Positions 1-9,788 of a DNA stretch of 64,000 nucleotides are shown one piece after another (within the stretch, counting starts at the first letter, position 1; the number at the start of each line of letters is the position of its first letter). The position numbers were made by a program, and so were the translations under genes. The stretch is from an uncultured Alphaproteobacteria bacterium (GTDB taxonomy: Bacteria; Pseudomonadota; Alphaproteobacteria; Caedimonadales; UBA9215). The notes beneath the pieces are model-generated. The model ran no database searches and was not told the DNA's origin. It saw only the letters and a program-made list of their open reading frames with translations. The DNA lies in NCBI GenBank assembly GCA_963974885.1, contig CAXBEY010000001.1, positions 20,372 through 84,371 on the forward strand, in the 5' to 3' direction.

Positions 1-1
1 A

Positions 2-580
2 GGCGTTGCACGCCCCGGCATTGTTCATCGATTGGATAAAGGCACGTCGGGGCTAATGGTTGTGGCAAAAAATGACCATGCCCATCACTTTTTATCTAAC
101 CAATTCGTGGATCGCACCCTCAAGCGCACCTATTTTGCTATTTGCTGGGGAATGCCTAACCCATTGGAGGGAACTATAATAGGGAACATTGCACGGGATC
201 CTCGTCACCGCCAACGGATGAAAGTGATTACCTATGGCGGCAAAGAAGCCATCACCCATTACCATGTCCATGAAAAGTTAGGGCACTATTGCGCCCTTAT
301 TGAATGTACCCTTGAGACAGGTCGCACCCATCAAATTCGAGTGCACATGACTCAAAAAGGAAACAGCCTTGTTGGCGATCCTCTTTACGGACGCAAACCT
401 CGCGGCCTTGCTGTGGAATTGCGTGATAAAATAGCCGAGATAACCTTAGAGGGTAACCGTCCTATTCTCCATGCAGCACGGTTACAGTTTATCCACCCCA
501 CCACCCACGAGACGTTGAAGTTTGAAACGGAGCTTCCTCAAGATTTTGCTGACATGTATGAATATATGAAAACAGTCTAG
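2..580 (+). CDS. RluA/RluD-family rRNA pseudouridine synthase, C-terminal part (5' end lies outside the window)
   Basis: The frame is open from nt 2 (GVARPGIVHRLDKGTSGLMVVAKN). It carries the HRLD catalytic-Asp motif and the GRTHQIRVH motif typical of the RluA family. The ORF-track start at 32 is a window-edge artefact. Confidence 0.85.
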   Translation, partial: GVARPGIVHRLDKGTSGLMVVAKNDHAHHFLSNQFVDRTLKRTYFAICWGMPNPLEGTIIGNIARDPRHRQRMKVITYGGKEAITHYHVHEKLGHYCALIECTLETGRTHQIRVHMTQKGNSLVGDPLYGRKPRGLAVELRDKIAEITLEGNRPILHAARLQFIHPTTHETLKFETELPQDFADMYEYMKTV

Positions 581-638
581 CCTTGAAAATCACATGAAAA
601 TAAGTCACTCTATTATGAAACAAAAATGAGACGAACCC

Positions 639-1901
639 ATGACATCTTTTAAGTCTTCTTACCTGCAAGAAGTGCACGCCCGTGGGTTTATCCACCAAGG
701 CACAAACCTTGACGCCCTTGATGAAAAAATGGCTAAGGGATCTGTAACCGCTTATATTGGATTCGATGCAACGGCAACAAGTCTGCATGTGGGAAACTTA
801 GTGCAGATCATGCAACTGAGGCTCCTTCAAAAGCACGGTCACAAACCCCTTGTTTTAATGGGAGATGGCACAACGCGTATTGGTGATCCCTCGGGTAAAG
901 ATGCCTCACGGCAACTCCTCACCCCTGAGAAAATTGACGAAAATGTTGCGGGCATTCAAAAAGTCTTTTCACAATACCTGACCTTTGGAGACCAAAAATC
1001 GGACGCGATGATGTTGCGTAACAGCGACTGGTTGCTCTCCTTAAATTACCTTGATTTCCTTCGGGATTATGGCCGTCATTTTTCCGTTAATCGGATGCTT
1101 TCCTTTGACAGTGTCAAATTGCGTCTTGAACGTGAGCAAAATCTAAGCTTTCTTGAATTTAACTATATGATCTTTCAGGCCTATGATTTCTTAGAACTTT
1201 CCAAGACCTTTAACTGTGAGCTTCAATTGGGCGGCTCTGATCAATGGGGTAATATTGTGAATGGTGTTGAACTCACAAGGCGGGTCTCCTCTAAGGAAGT
1301 TTTTGGGTTAACGGCGCCTTTAATTACAACGGCCGACGGCAAGAAAATGGGTAAATCCGTTGAGGGGGCTATCTGGCTTAATGAAGAGGCATTGCCGACC
1401 TTTGACTTCTGGCAATTCTGGCGCAACACTCAAGATGCCGATGTGGGGCGTTTCTTGCGCTTATACACAGATATCAACCTTGCTGAAATTGCCCGCCTTG
1501 AGAAACTCGAGGGGGCGGACATTAATGAGGCTAAAATCATCCTAGCCGATGCAGCGACAAAGATGTGCCATGGGGAAGAGGCTGTTCATCAAGCTAAAGA
1601 AACCGCCAAGACTCTTTTTGAAACGGGAGGTGCTTCCAACTCTTTAGACAACCTTCCCTTTGTTGAAGTTTCCCGCTCCCAATTGGAGGCTGGCATCCTT
1701 GCCATTGATTTGTTCCGCCAAGCTGATCTTGCGAAAAGCAATGGAGAAGCCAGGCGACTTGTGCGAGGGGGCGGTGCTAAGATCAATGATACAGCCGTTA
1801 ATGATGAAAATATGAGCCTGTCTGTAACGGACTTACAGGACGATTCTTATATTAAATTATCCGCCGGTAAAAAGCGCCATGCCCTTGTAAAAGTCATCTA
1901 A
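639..1901 (+). CDS. tyrS: tyrosyl-tRNA synthetase
   Basis: 420 aa. Class I signatures HVGN (HIGH-type) and KMGKS (KMSKS-type), plus a C-terminal S4-like RNA-binding tail. Colinear with bacterial TyrRS. Confidence 0.95.
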   Translation: MTSFKSSYLQEVHARGFIHQGTNLDALDEKMAKGSVTAYIGFDATATSLHVGNLVQIMQLRLLQKHGHKPLVLMGDGTTRIGDPSGKDASRQLLTPEKIDENVAGIQKVFSQYLTFGDQKSDAMMLRNSDWLLSLNYLDFLRDYGRHFSVNRMLSFDSVKLRLEREQNLSFLEFNYMIFQAYDFLELSKTFNCELQLGGSDQWGNIVNGVELTRRVSSKEVFGLTAPLITTADGKKMGKSVEGAIWLNEEALPTFDFWQFWRNTQDADVGRFLRLYTDINLAEIARLEKLEGADINEAKIILADAATKMCHGEEAVHQAKETAKTLFETGGASNSLDNLPFVEVSRSQLEAGILAIDLFRQADLAKSNGEARRLVRGGGAKINDTAVNDENMSLSVTDLQDDSYIKLSAGKKRHALVKVI

Positions 1902-1944
1902 AACAAATGTTATTAAGGCGATTTTAAAAAACAGGATGTAAAAG

Positions 1945-2868
1945 ATGACTCGTGTGACCCTACAGGATAAATTAAAATTTATTCTCATTACGGTTGTTGC
2001 TGGCACAGGGTGGTACGTGATTCCATCACAAATTACCCATGTTGGTACGGAATATGCCATTGCTTACCGCATGCTTTTGGCGGGATTGGCCATTGTTTTT
2101 TTTGCCCTCTCTAAGAAAATTTCCTTTCCACGTTTCTCAAGGCAGAGCCTCGGTCTTTTATTAATTTCCGGTATTTTTCTGTATTCACTGAATTATTTAT
2201 TTATCTACCAGGGCTTAAAGCATCTTCCTTCAGGCATTGGATCCCTTGTGATTTCTGCTGTGATTATCCCTAATGCCATTCTGGGGCGCTGGATTTTAAA
2301 AACACCTTTGAAGCCCCAAACCCTTGTTGGAGCTTGTCTATCTCTTGCAGGACTTGCCGTTCTTTTCCCAGGGGACATTTTTGACTTTGATCTCAGTATT
2401 GGGGCAACCCTTGGTTTTTTAGCCCTGTGTTTTAGTCTCTTCTTATCTTCCTTTGGGACGGTGATGACCAGTAAACTCATTAAAGAAGGGGTGAACCTTT
2501 ATTGGGCCACAGCCCTTGCCATGTTATTGGGTGGCACCTTGAGTTTTGGTTTTGGGCTTTATCAACACCAAGAGATTTTGTGGAGCAATGATATGACATT
2601 TATCTCCTTGTTGCTCTATATCGGCCTATTGGTCACGTCCGTTGTTTTCGTATTTTATATGCAACTTGTGAATAAATTTGGCGCGGCAAGTGCTTCTTAT
2701 ATATGGATTATAGCACCGGTTATTGCGTTAAATATATCGTCTATTTTTGAGGGGATGCAGTGGACTTTAGAACGTATTGTCGCCACTGTCATTATTCTTA
2801 TGGGGGGCTGCGTTGCCCTTAAAAAGACCAAGAGAAAAATAAAAATTCCCTCTAAAAGCCCCGTGTAA
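1945..2868 (+). CDS. EamA/DMT-superfamily permease
   Basis: 307 aa with about 10 hydrophobic helices arranged as two EamA-like halves. AGGA lies upstream of the ATG. Confidence 0.7.
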   Translation: MTRVTLQDKLKFILITVVAGTGWYVIPSQITHVGTEYAIAYRMLLAGLAIVFFALSKKISFPRFSRQSLGLLLISGIFLYSLNYLFIYQGLKHLPSGIGSLVISAVIIPNAILGRWILKTPLKPQTLVGACLSLAGLAVLFPGDIFDFDLSIGATLGFLALCFSLFLSSFGTVMTSKLIKEGVNLYWATALAMLLGGTLSFGFGLYQHQEILWSNDMTFISLLLYIGLLVTSVVFVFYMQLVNKFGAASASYIWIIAPVIALNISSIFEGMQWTLERIVATVIILMGGCVALKKTKRKIKIPSKSPV

Positions 2869-3001
2869 TAAGGTTTTTAAATCTTGTTTTCTTTTTTTAT
2901 CATAAAGGGCCTTGTTACCTCCAAAAAAAAGTGTCACCATTTTAATTATTAAGAATTTAAATAAATCTTAATAGAAATGTAAAAAACAGGAGACCTATAC
3001 T

Positions 3002-4780
3002 ATGAAAAAGCAATTACTTAGCCTTTCTTTATCTACAGCACTCTCAACGGCCCTCTTAACAACTTTTCTTCCCACGACAACCTTGCAAGCAAGTTTAGTA
3101 GCAACTTCTTCTAGCAACGATGGTATGGGAGAGAGTGTTGTCGTCAAAACTGTTAATCCTCTGTCAGTTTCGAGGGATATCGGTATTGTTTTCGACCAGG
3201 ATACACTTCCTTCTGATCGTGAGTATGTTATTCATAATAGTATTTTAGAAAGTCTTCAGAGTTATTTTACTATGACAACGGTTGAGTTTTCGAATAAGAA
3301 AGCAGAGTTCACTTTTCGTCCATCAAATGATGGTGGAGACGATGAGTTGGTTATTGATCTTAAAAAAGGTCAAACGTTCTCTCGTGACGAAGAAGAAGTT
3401 GTGGATTCTTTACGCATATCTTTGAAAAAATGGGTTGAAGAGCGCAATTCTTTTGTCAAGAAATATTTCCAGTACCGAGCTACTGCAAGAGATGTGACCC
3501 TTTTAGAGGCTGCAAGCAGTCGTTATACTGGAGAACGCTATAAACTAATGGGTCGATCTGAAAGCCTTGATACTGCCTTAGATGCCACATATACCCGTGT
3601 TATGTCTCAAATAGTCAACCAAACTGTAAAAAATGCTCTAAGGGCAATGCCTCCTATTACAGAAGATTTTAAGACAAGGCGTGATGGTTTATGGATTGCC
3701 CTGGCTGCAGCAACGTTGCCAGAAGATCAGCGTAGTGATGAAATCACCTCCACTGTTAAAGGGAATACTTTGAAACAAACTGCTTTTGAGGCAGTGTACC
3801 GTGGTTTGATTCTTAGCAATGAAGTCTTCTCTGCCTTGATTGCTAATCTTACTTCTAAAGTCCATGGGCTCCCTTATTCACCTAACCGTGATTATCAAAA
3901 CTTACTGGGAGCAGAAGCTGTCCTTGCTATGCGTACGTCCCAACTGTCTTTAGTTGACCCTGATGCTGTTACAGCTCTTTTTGAAAAAAATGCGCAAGCT
4001 CTTACCTTTGAACAAAAAACTTTTGCTGAGTCAAAAATTCGCAATGAGCGTGACCATAGGCTTTTGGCGACAAACTTAGTCCCCCGTAAATTGCTTCGAG
4101 CGCAAGATAGGTTGCTAGCTAAAGTAGCTCTTACCGATGATGAAGCTGATGCTTATGGCAATGCTGGCAGTGATGCTGATAAGAAAAAAGCTATTGTGGC
4201 GACAGCAAAAGCTCGTATTTTAGAAGAGGCGCGCGCTAAGGCACGGACAACTTCTGGTGTTCCAGAGTTAACAGACACAGAAGCCGATAATTGGAATTAT
4301 TATAAAGAGCCTGGTTATGAAGCTAAGCAAGCTAATGTTGTAGCCCTTGCAAAAGTACGCGTTCTAAAAGAAGCAGAAGCGGAAGCCGCAGCTCTTGAAT
4401 TAAAACGCACCCAAGCCCGTGAAGCGTCTGGTCTTAAGTTGACGGATGCAGAGGCCGATGCATATGCGGCGGCTGAAGTTTCTGGCCAGCCTGCTATTGT
4501 TGCGACTGCAAAGGCTCGTATTGAGAAAGAAGAAGTTGAGCTTGCGGCCCTACGTAAACAAGCTCAACAAGAAGAAGAGGCTCGTCTTGCAAAAGAAGCG
4601 TCTGATCTTGCTGAAAAGCGGACGGCTCTACGGGGAAAACTTGGTATCGTAGGTTTAACTGACGAAGACCTCGACAACGTGATGGCTGCGGCAGGCGATG
4701 TAGCGAAGACAGCTATTGTTGATGCTGCCCTAAAGCGCCTTTTAGCTGAGGAAGCAGCAACTTCTTCCAAGGCAGAATAA
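3002..4780 (+). CDS. hypothetical secreted protein with four C-terminal repeat modules
   Basis: 592 aa. AGGAG Shine-Dalgarno upstream of the ATG and a signal-like N-terminus (MKKQLLSLSLSTALSTALLTTFLPTTTLQA). The C-terminal third is Ala/Glu/Lys-rich and helical-looking. I recognise no family. Confidence 0.7.
   Translation: MKKQLLSLSLSTALSTALLTTFLPTTTLQASLVATSSSNDGMGESVVVKTVNPLSVSRDIGIVFDQDTLPSDREYVIHNSILESLQSYFTMTTVEFSNKKAEFTFRPSNDGGDDELVIDLKKGQTFSRDEEEVVDSLRISLKKWVEERNSFVKKYFQYRATARDVTLLEAASSRYTGERYKLMGRSESLDTALDATYTRVMSQIVNQTVKNALRAMPPITEDFKTRRDGLWIALAAATLPEDQRSDEITSTVKGNTLKQTAFEAVYRGLILSNEVFSALIANLTSKVHGLPYSPNRDYQNLLGAEAVLAMRTSQLSLVDPDAVTALFEKNAQALTFEQKTFAESKIRNERDHRLLATNLVPRKLLRAQDRLLAKVALTDDEADAYGNAGSDADKKKAIVATAKARILEEARAKARTTSGVPELTDTEADNWNYYKEPGYEAKQANVVALAKVRVLKEAEAEAAALELKRTQAREASGLKLTDAEADAYAAAEVSGQPAIVATAKARIEKEEVELAALRKQAQQEEEARLAKEASDLAEKRTALRGKLGIVGLTDEDLDNVMAAAGDVAKTAIVDAALKRLLAEEAATSSKAE
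4130..4750 (+). repeat. four diverged intragenic modules LTDxEAD(x10-20)AIVATAKARI/VVALAKVRV/AIVDAALKRL
   Basis: Modules begin at nt 4130, 4267, 4438 and 4655. Modules 1 and 3 keep DNA-level similarity: gctattgtggcgacagcaaaagctcgtatt at 4190 versus gctattgttgcgactgcaaaggctcgtatt at 4493. Confidence 0.8.
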
Positions 4781-4803
4781 AACACTTTTTTCAAAAGATA
4801 AAA

Positions 4804-4828
4804 GGGGCCTTCAGGCCTCTTTTTTTTA
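4804..4828 (+). terminator. rho-independent terminator candidate between convergent genes
   Basis: GGGGCC-ttca-GGCCTC stem (6 bp, one G:U) followed by T9. An A-rich tract on the 5' side could let it work for the convergent RND gene as well. Confidence 0.65.
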
Positions 4829-4859
4829 TGCCCCAAAAAGCCTTTTGCAGAGGCTTCTA

Positions 4860-7800
4860 TTAAAAATGGCGGGCCTTCATGATCTTATAGGCCATGGGAA
4901 TCACAAATAGGGTGAGGAGAGTGCCAAGAAGAAGGCCGCCAACAAGGACAATGCCAATGGCTTGACGGGCTTCGGCACCGGCACCTGAGGATAGGATAAG
5001 GGGAATCGCACCAAAAACCATGGCTCCCGTTGTCATCAAAATGGGGCGCAATCGAAGGGCGGCGGCTTCTTTAATGACGGTATCAATTTCGGCGCCAGCT
5101 TCTTTCATTTTCTGATTGGCAAATTCAACAATCAAAATACCATGCTTTGTAATTAAACCAATAAGGGTCACCAAACCAATCTGCGTAAAGATATCAAGGG
5201 TACGGTCCAAAGCGTAAACAGAGATGAGGGCGCCTAAGACAGCTAAAGGAACCGTAAACATAATAATAAAAGGGTCGGCAAAGCTTTCAAATTGGATGGC
5301 TAAAATGGCATAAACAAAAATGAGGGCTACTAAAATCAAAAGCACCATCATGGATGAGGATTCCTCTAATTTTTTTGCAACGCCGGTAAATTCATGCTGA
5401 ATATCTTCGGGAACAATTTTATCAATTATTTTGCTAAGCCTTTCAATGGCGTCAGAAAAAGTCACATGAGGCGCAAGGGACACATTAAATTGGGCAGCTC
5501 GGAATTGATTATAGTGGCTGAGTTCTTTTGGTGTCACTGTCTTTTCCAAGGTCATGAAATAGGACAAGGGAAAAGGAGTCCCTTCTTCATTAAAGGCATA
5601 AATTTCTTCTAAATGATAGGGAAGGGTTTGGGGTTTTAAGGCTATGGGATAACGCACGCCCTCTTTTGAAAATTCAAGGTGAAGATTTTGATCCATCATA
5701 ATGGCCAGCACATTTGAGATGTGTAAGGGTGTTAGGGTTGTGCTTGCTAGTTTTTCACGGTCAATAACAATTCTAAATCCAGAGGAGTTAAAGCGTAAAT
5801 TATGGTGACAGTCCACAAAGGTGCTTTTTTCTTCTTCACACGCTTTACGTAATTCATCCATTATTTTGCTTAAATTTTCGTAGGATCCAATGGTTAAAAA
5901 CTGTACCGTGATCGCACCATCTTGTGTGGACGTCGCTTCAACCCCTGGAATACCTGAATCCCAACTCCACGGATAAGCTTGAATGGTGGGAACCTTTTTA
6001 ACACGCTGCCGTAGGTCCTCCACAACTTGGGCGGCACTTCGGCTCCGCTCATCCCACGGTTTTAAAGGCACAACAACTTGCCCCCCCCAAGAGCCTGCAA
6101 AGGACAAATAGGTCAGAGCTTCTTTAATATCTTTGACTTCTTTTTCAACATGCTTTAAATAACCACCGAATTCTTCTAAAGACGCTCCATCCAAATAAGG
6201 CACAAAGATACCAACAACCCCGCGGTCTTCCTTTGGCGTGATGGCCTGGGGGATGGTTTGAAACAAGACTATGCAAAGCACTAAAATGCCGACGCAAGCC
6301 CCTGCCATAGCCTTTGGCCATTTGAGAGAAACCCCCAGAGCTTTTTTGTAAAATCGGGTCATCCGGTCAAGACCTCGATCGAAAAACCGAAGGGCTTTAA
6401 AGGAAGAAAGAGCTTGGGGGGTTGCTTTGCTTTCTTTTTTCAAAAGGTAGCCGCACATTAAGGGCGTAAAGGTTAGAGCCACAACACCGGAAACAATGAC
6501 GGCTCCTGCGAGGGTGACAGCAAACTCGAAAAAAATTTGACCAATGGCATCTTGGATAAAAGCAATGGGGATATAAACACTGGCCAAGGTTAGGGTCATG
6601 GCAACAATAGCAAACCCTATTTCCCGAGAGCCGTCCTTTGCGGCTTTTAACGGAGATTTCCCCTCTTCAATGTGTCGGTGAATGTTTTCAAGGACAACAA
6701 TGGCATCATCGACCACAAGCCCCACAGCTAAAACCATAGCAAGAAGGGTAATGGTATTGATAGAGAGTCCAAAGGCAGCCATGAGGGAGAGCACACCCAC
6801 AAGGGACAAAGGGATAGCAACCAAGGGAATAAGGGTAGCTCTGAAATTCCTCAGGAATAAAAAGACAATAAGAATCACCAATAAAATAGCTTCTAAAATG
6901 GATTTTTGAACGGAGGAAATGGATCCTCGAATGAACTTTGTTTTATCAAAGTTTATTTTGACATTAACGCCGTCGGGCATAACACTTTGAAATTGATCCA
7001 TGCGATCGTGAATTTCATTGGAAATATCTAAAGGGTTTCCATCACTGGATTTAATAATCCCTACAAAGGCAACATTTCTTCCACCGGAGTGGACAATTTG
7101 TGACATAACGCCTCGGCCCAAGGAAATGGTCGCAATATCTTTGAGACGCACAACGCTTGTCTTTGTATGGGAAACAGGGATTTCCTTAAGATCTTCGGGG
7201 GAAAGGACCCGCATATCAAGGGTGATGGGAATAGCTTCTTGAAAACGTCCCCCAGGTAAAGAAACATTATGACGCCTTAAAGCGCTTAAAACCCCATTGG
7301 CATCAATACTATGGGTGAGCATCTTTTCCCGATCGAGGGCAACGGTCATGGTGTATTGATCCCCCATGATATTCAGCATTGAGACACCCTTGATGGCCTT
7401 AAGAGAGTTCTTTAAATACAAATTAATAAGGTGGGTTAGCTCAACAATGGAGTGGTTATCTCCGTCAACGGAGATGTAAAAAAACGGTTCTGAGTCTCCA
7501 GATTGCTGACGAATAATAGGGTCCTTTGCTTCCTCTGGGAGAGCCGTCATGGATAAACGCTCCCTCACATTGGATTGAGCCTTGCTGATGTCCACCCCAG
7601 CTTTAAAGGACAGTTCAACAGAGGCTTGGCCATATTTTGAAGAAGAGGAAAGGGTCTCTATGCCCTCAACCCCTGAGAGAGCCTCTTCCAGCTTTGCGGC
7701 AATTTCTGTTTCCACCACATCAGCACTGGCATTGGGATAATAAACTTGCACCGTCAAAATAGGCAGAGAAACTTTGGGATATTCACGCACCCCTAGATTT

Positions 7801-7889
7801 AGGTAAGCTAAAAAACCAATGATTAAAATCATGGCATTTAAGACCGTTGCAAAAACAGGTCTTTCAAGGAAAAAAACGGGGAGTCGCAT
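4860..7889 (-). CDS. RND efflux transporter, inner-membrane permease (AcrB/HAE1-like)
   Basis: 1009 aa with 12-TM RND architecture and two large periplasmic loops. It starts 6 nt downstream of the adaptor gene. Confidence 0.9.
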   Translation of the reverse strand: MRLPVFFLERPVFATVLNAMILIIGFLAYLNLGVREYPKVSLPILTVQVYYPNASADVVETEIAAKLEEALSGVEGIETLSSSSKYGQASVELSFKAGVDISKAQSNVRERLSMTALPEEAKDPIIRQQSGDSEPFFYISVDGDNHSIVELTHLINLYLKNSLKAIKGVSMLNIMGDQYTMTVALDREKMLTHSIDANGVLSALRRHNVSLPGGRFQEAIPITLDMRVLSPEDLKEIPVSHTKTSVVRLKDIATISLGRGVMSQIVHSGGRNVAFVGIIKSSDGNPLDISNEIHDRMDQFQSVMPDGVNVKINFDKTKFIRGSISSVQKSILEAILLVILIVFLFLRNFRATLIPLVAIPLSLVGVLSLMAAFGLSINTITLLAMVLAVGLVVDDAIVVLENIHRHIEEGKSPLKAAKDGSREIGFAIVAMTLTLASVYIPIAFIQDAIGQIFFEFAVTLAGAVIVSGVVALTFTPLMCGYLLKKESKATPQALSSFKALRFFDRGLDRMTRFYKKALGVSLKWPKAMAGACVGILVLCIVLFQTIPQAITPKEDRGVVGIFVPYLDGASLEEFGGYLKHVEKEVKDIKEALTYLSFAGSWGGQVVVPLKPWDERSRSAAQVVEDLRQRVKKVPTIQAYPWSWDSGIPGVEATSTQDGAITVQFLTIGSYENLSKIMDELRKACEEEKSTFVDCHHNLRFNSSGFRIVIDREKLASTTLTPLHISNVLAIMMDQNLHLEFSKEGVRYPIALKPQTLPYHLEEIYAFNEEGTPFPLSYFMTLEKTVTPKELSHYNQFRAAQFNVSLAPHVTFSDAIERLSKIIDKIVPEDIQHEFTGVAKKLEESSSMMVLLILVALIFVYAILAIQFESFADPFIIMFTVPLAVLGALISVYALDRTLDIFTQIGLVTLIGLITKHGILIVEFANQKMKEAGAEIDTVIKEAAALRLRPILMTTGAMVFGAIPLILSSGAGAEARQAIGIVLVGGLLLGTLLTLFVIPMAYKIMKARHF

Positions 7890-7895
7890 GGTATT

Positions 7896-9014
7896 TTAAG
7901 CCCCCTTATCCTTTTTAGAAAGTTCTTTTTGTTTTGCCTTTGACGAAGGGGCAGACGTTGTTTCTGCCTTATTGATTGCTTTAACAGCTTTTGTTGGCCA
8001 AATACCTCCTTGTCCCTTTAAGATAACGCGATCCCCAATAAAAAGCCCCTTAAGAACTTCGAGGCGATCGTCTGTTTCAAGGCCAAGCTCAACAAAGGCA
8101 AGGGTGGCTTTTCCCTCAACAATCTTATAAAGCGTCGGCTTGCCATCCTTTAAGACAACGGCTGATCGGGGAACGCTTAGGGTTCTGTCTTTTTGATCCA
8201 CTATAATATAAACGCTCACACGGCCACCCAACGGGAAAGGGTGATTGGAAGGTAGGAAGGCCCTTGCGATCCCCATGTGTGTTCTAGCATCTAATAGGGT
8301 TTGAACACTGCTCAAAACCCCCTCTATCATTGCGCCCTTTGCCTTAATCGTGAAGACATCGCCAACTTTTAAGCTTGTGACAAGGGAGTCGGGAACGTCA
8401 ATATCAAGAACATATTCCGACGTGTCATAAAAAGCAACGATGGGATCACCATGGGACACAAACTGCCCTTCTCGAGCCTTGAAAACCCCGACTTGGCCAT
8501 CATAGGGTGCCTTAAATTGAGTGCGTGCCAAAGCTTTTTTAGCTTCTTCAAAGGCAAGTTCAGCGGTGAGCCATGTTTCTTGTGCTTGATCCAGGGAGCG
8601 TTGGCTTTTGTTCTTTCCAGCGGCTAGTTTTTTTTGCCGAAGGTAGTGGTCTTTTTCAAGGCTGGCTTTTTCTTGCATGTACTTAACCGCCCGATGCCAT
8701 TTTTTATTCCGTATTTCTGCTAGTAAAGTCCCTTCACTTACAACAGCGCCTGACTTAACCAAAAGGGGACCCATGGCTCCTTTTTCTTCGGCTTGAAAAA
8801 GAGTGACGCGTTTTGGATTCACAACGGCAGAAAGGCGGACAATCTTACGCAAGGGTTTTTCTTGAATGACCTCAATTTCCACAAGCATAGGGGCTGGGGA
8901 GGGAGGTGTAGGCGATGGCCAAAATAGATACACGAGCCCTGCAATGATAAGAACGGTACTAATAAGTACGATGATAGTGCGCTTTAAAAGCAGTTGCTTT
9001 AAAATCGTTTGCAT
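7896..9014 (-). CDS. RND efflux periplasmic adaptor (membrane fusion protein)
   Basis: 372 aa: N-terminal anchor helix, coiled-coil hairpin region, beta-barrel/lipoyl-like segments. Operonic with the RND permease. Confidence 0.85.
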   Translation of the reverse strand: MQTILKQLLLKRTIIVLISTVLIIAGLVYLFWPSPTPPSPAPMLVEIEVIQEKPLRKIVRLSAVVNPKRVTLFQAEEKGAMGPLLVKSGAVVSEGTLLAEIRNKKWHRAVKYMQEKASLEKDHYLRQKKLAAGKNKSQRSLDQAQETWLTAELAFEEAKKALARTQFKAPYDGQVGVFKAREGQFVSHGDPIVAFYDTSEYVLDIDVPDSLVTSLKVGDVFTIKAKGAMIEGVLSSVQTLLDARTHMGIARAFLPSNHPFPLGGRVSVYIIVDQKDRTLSVPRSAVVLKDGKPTLYKIVEGKATLAFVELGLETDDRLEVLKGLFIGDRVILKGQGGIWPTKAVKAINKAETTSAPSSKAKQKELSKKDKGA

Positions 9015-9109
9015 GGAAATTCTCTTAGATTACTGTGAAATTTTATTAAAACGCATTTTTTGAGGGGAATCAATGGGGAAAAGATATTAAAACAGAGGGC
9101 AGTAGCTCA

Positions 9110-9769
9110 TTAACTATGTCTCAGCGCCTCGATGTTTGATTTGTAGTCGCTGGTTTTAAAAATAGAGGTGCCGGCAACAAGGATAGTGGCGCCTGCTTTA
9201 ATACAGGCCCGAGCCGTTTCAGGAGTCACACCGCCATCGACTTCGATCTCAATAGGGCGGTTGCCAATGATGTCTTTGACTTCCTTAATTTTTGGGAGTT
9301 GGGCTTGGATGAACGTTTGTCCCCCAAAACCTGGATTGACGGCCATAATCAAAACCTGGTCGATGTCTTCGATGACGTACTTGAGAAAATCATTGTTTGT
9401 TGTGGGGTTGAGGACAACACCGGCCTTAACACCTTGGTCTTTGATCAGCTGAATGGTGCGGTGAAGGTGTGCGCCAGCTTCGGGATGAACAAGGATAATA
9501 TCAGCGCCGGCCTTTGCAAAGTCTGCAATATAAGGATCGCAAGGCTCAATCATGAGGTGGGCTTCAAAGGGGAGTTTTGTTCGGGTGCGTAAATCATGAA
9601 TAAGAGCAGGACCAAAGGTAATATTGGGAACAAAGTGACCATCCATGACATCAAGGTGAATGCGATCAGCGCCGGCGGCTTCAAGTTTTTCAACTTCATC
9701 ACCAAGGTTAGCAAAGTTGGCAGATAAAATAGAAGGAGAAATTTGAATGTGTGTCATAAAGCTATCCAT
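9110..9769 (-). CDS. rpe: ribulose-phosphate 3-epimerase
   Basis: ISPSILSANF, HLDVMDGHFVPN and VNPGFGGQ motifs of Rpe. The true start may be the second Met (MTHIQ, nt 9757). Confidence 0.9.
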   Translation of the reverse strand: MDSFMTHIQISPSILSANFANLGDEVEKLEAAGADRIHLDVMDGHFVPNITFGPALIHDLRTRTKLPFEAHLMIEPCDPYIADFAKAGADIILVHPEAGAHLHRTIQLIKDQGVKAGVVLNPTTNNDFLKYVIEDIDQVLIMAVNPGFGGQTFIQAQLPKIKEVKDIIGNRPIEIEVDGGVTPETARACIKAGATILVAGTSIFKTSDYKSNIEALRHS

Positions 9770-9788
9770 AATCCTGTATGAGGGCCGT

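Noticed and set aside
487-695. Two identical DnaA-box-like 11-mers GTTTATCCACC (487-497 and 685-695).
   Set aside because: Both lie inside coding sequence and encode Phe-Ile-His in frame. Each has one mismatch to TTATCCACA. There is no AT-rich unwinding region and no cluster of boxes, so this is not an origin.
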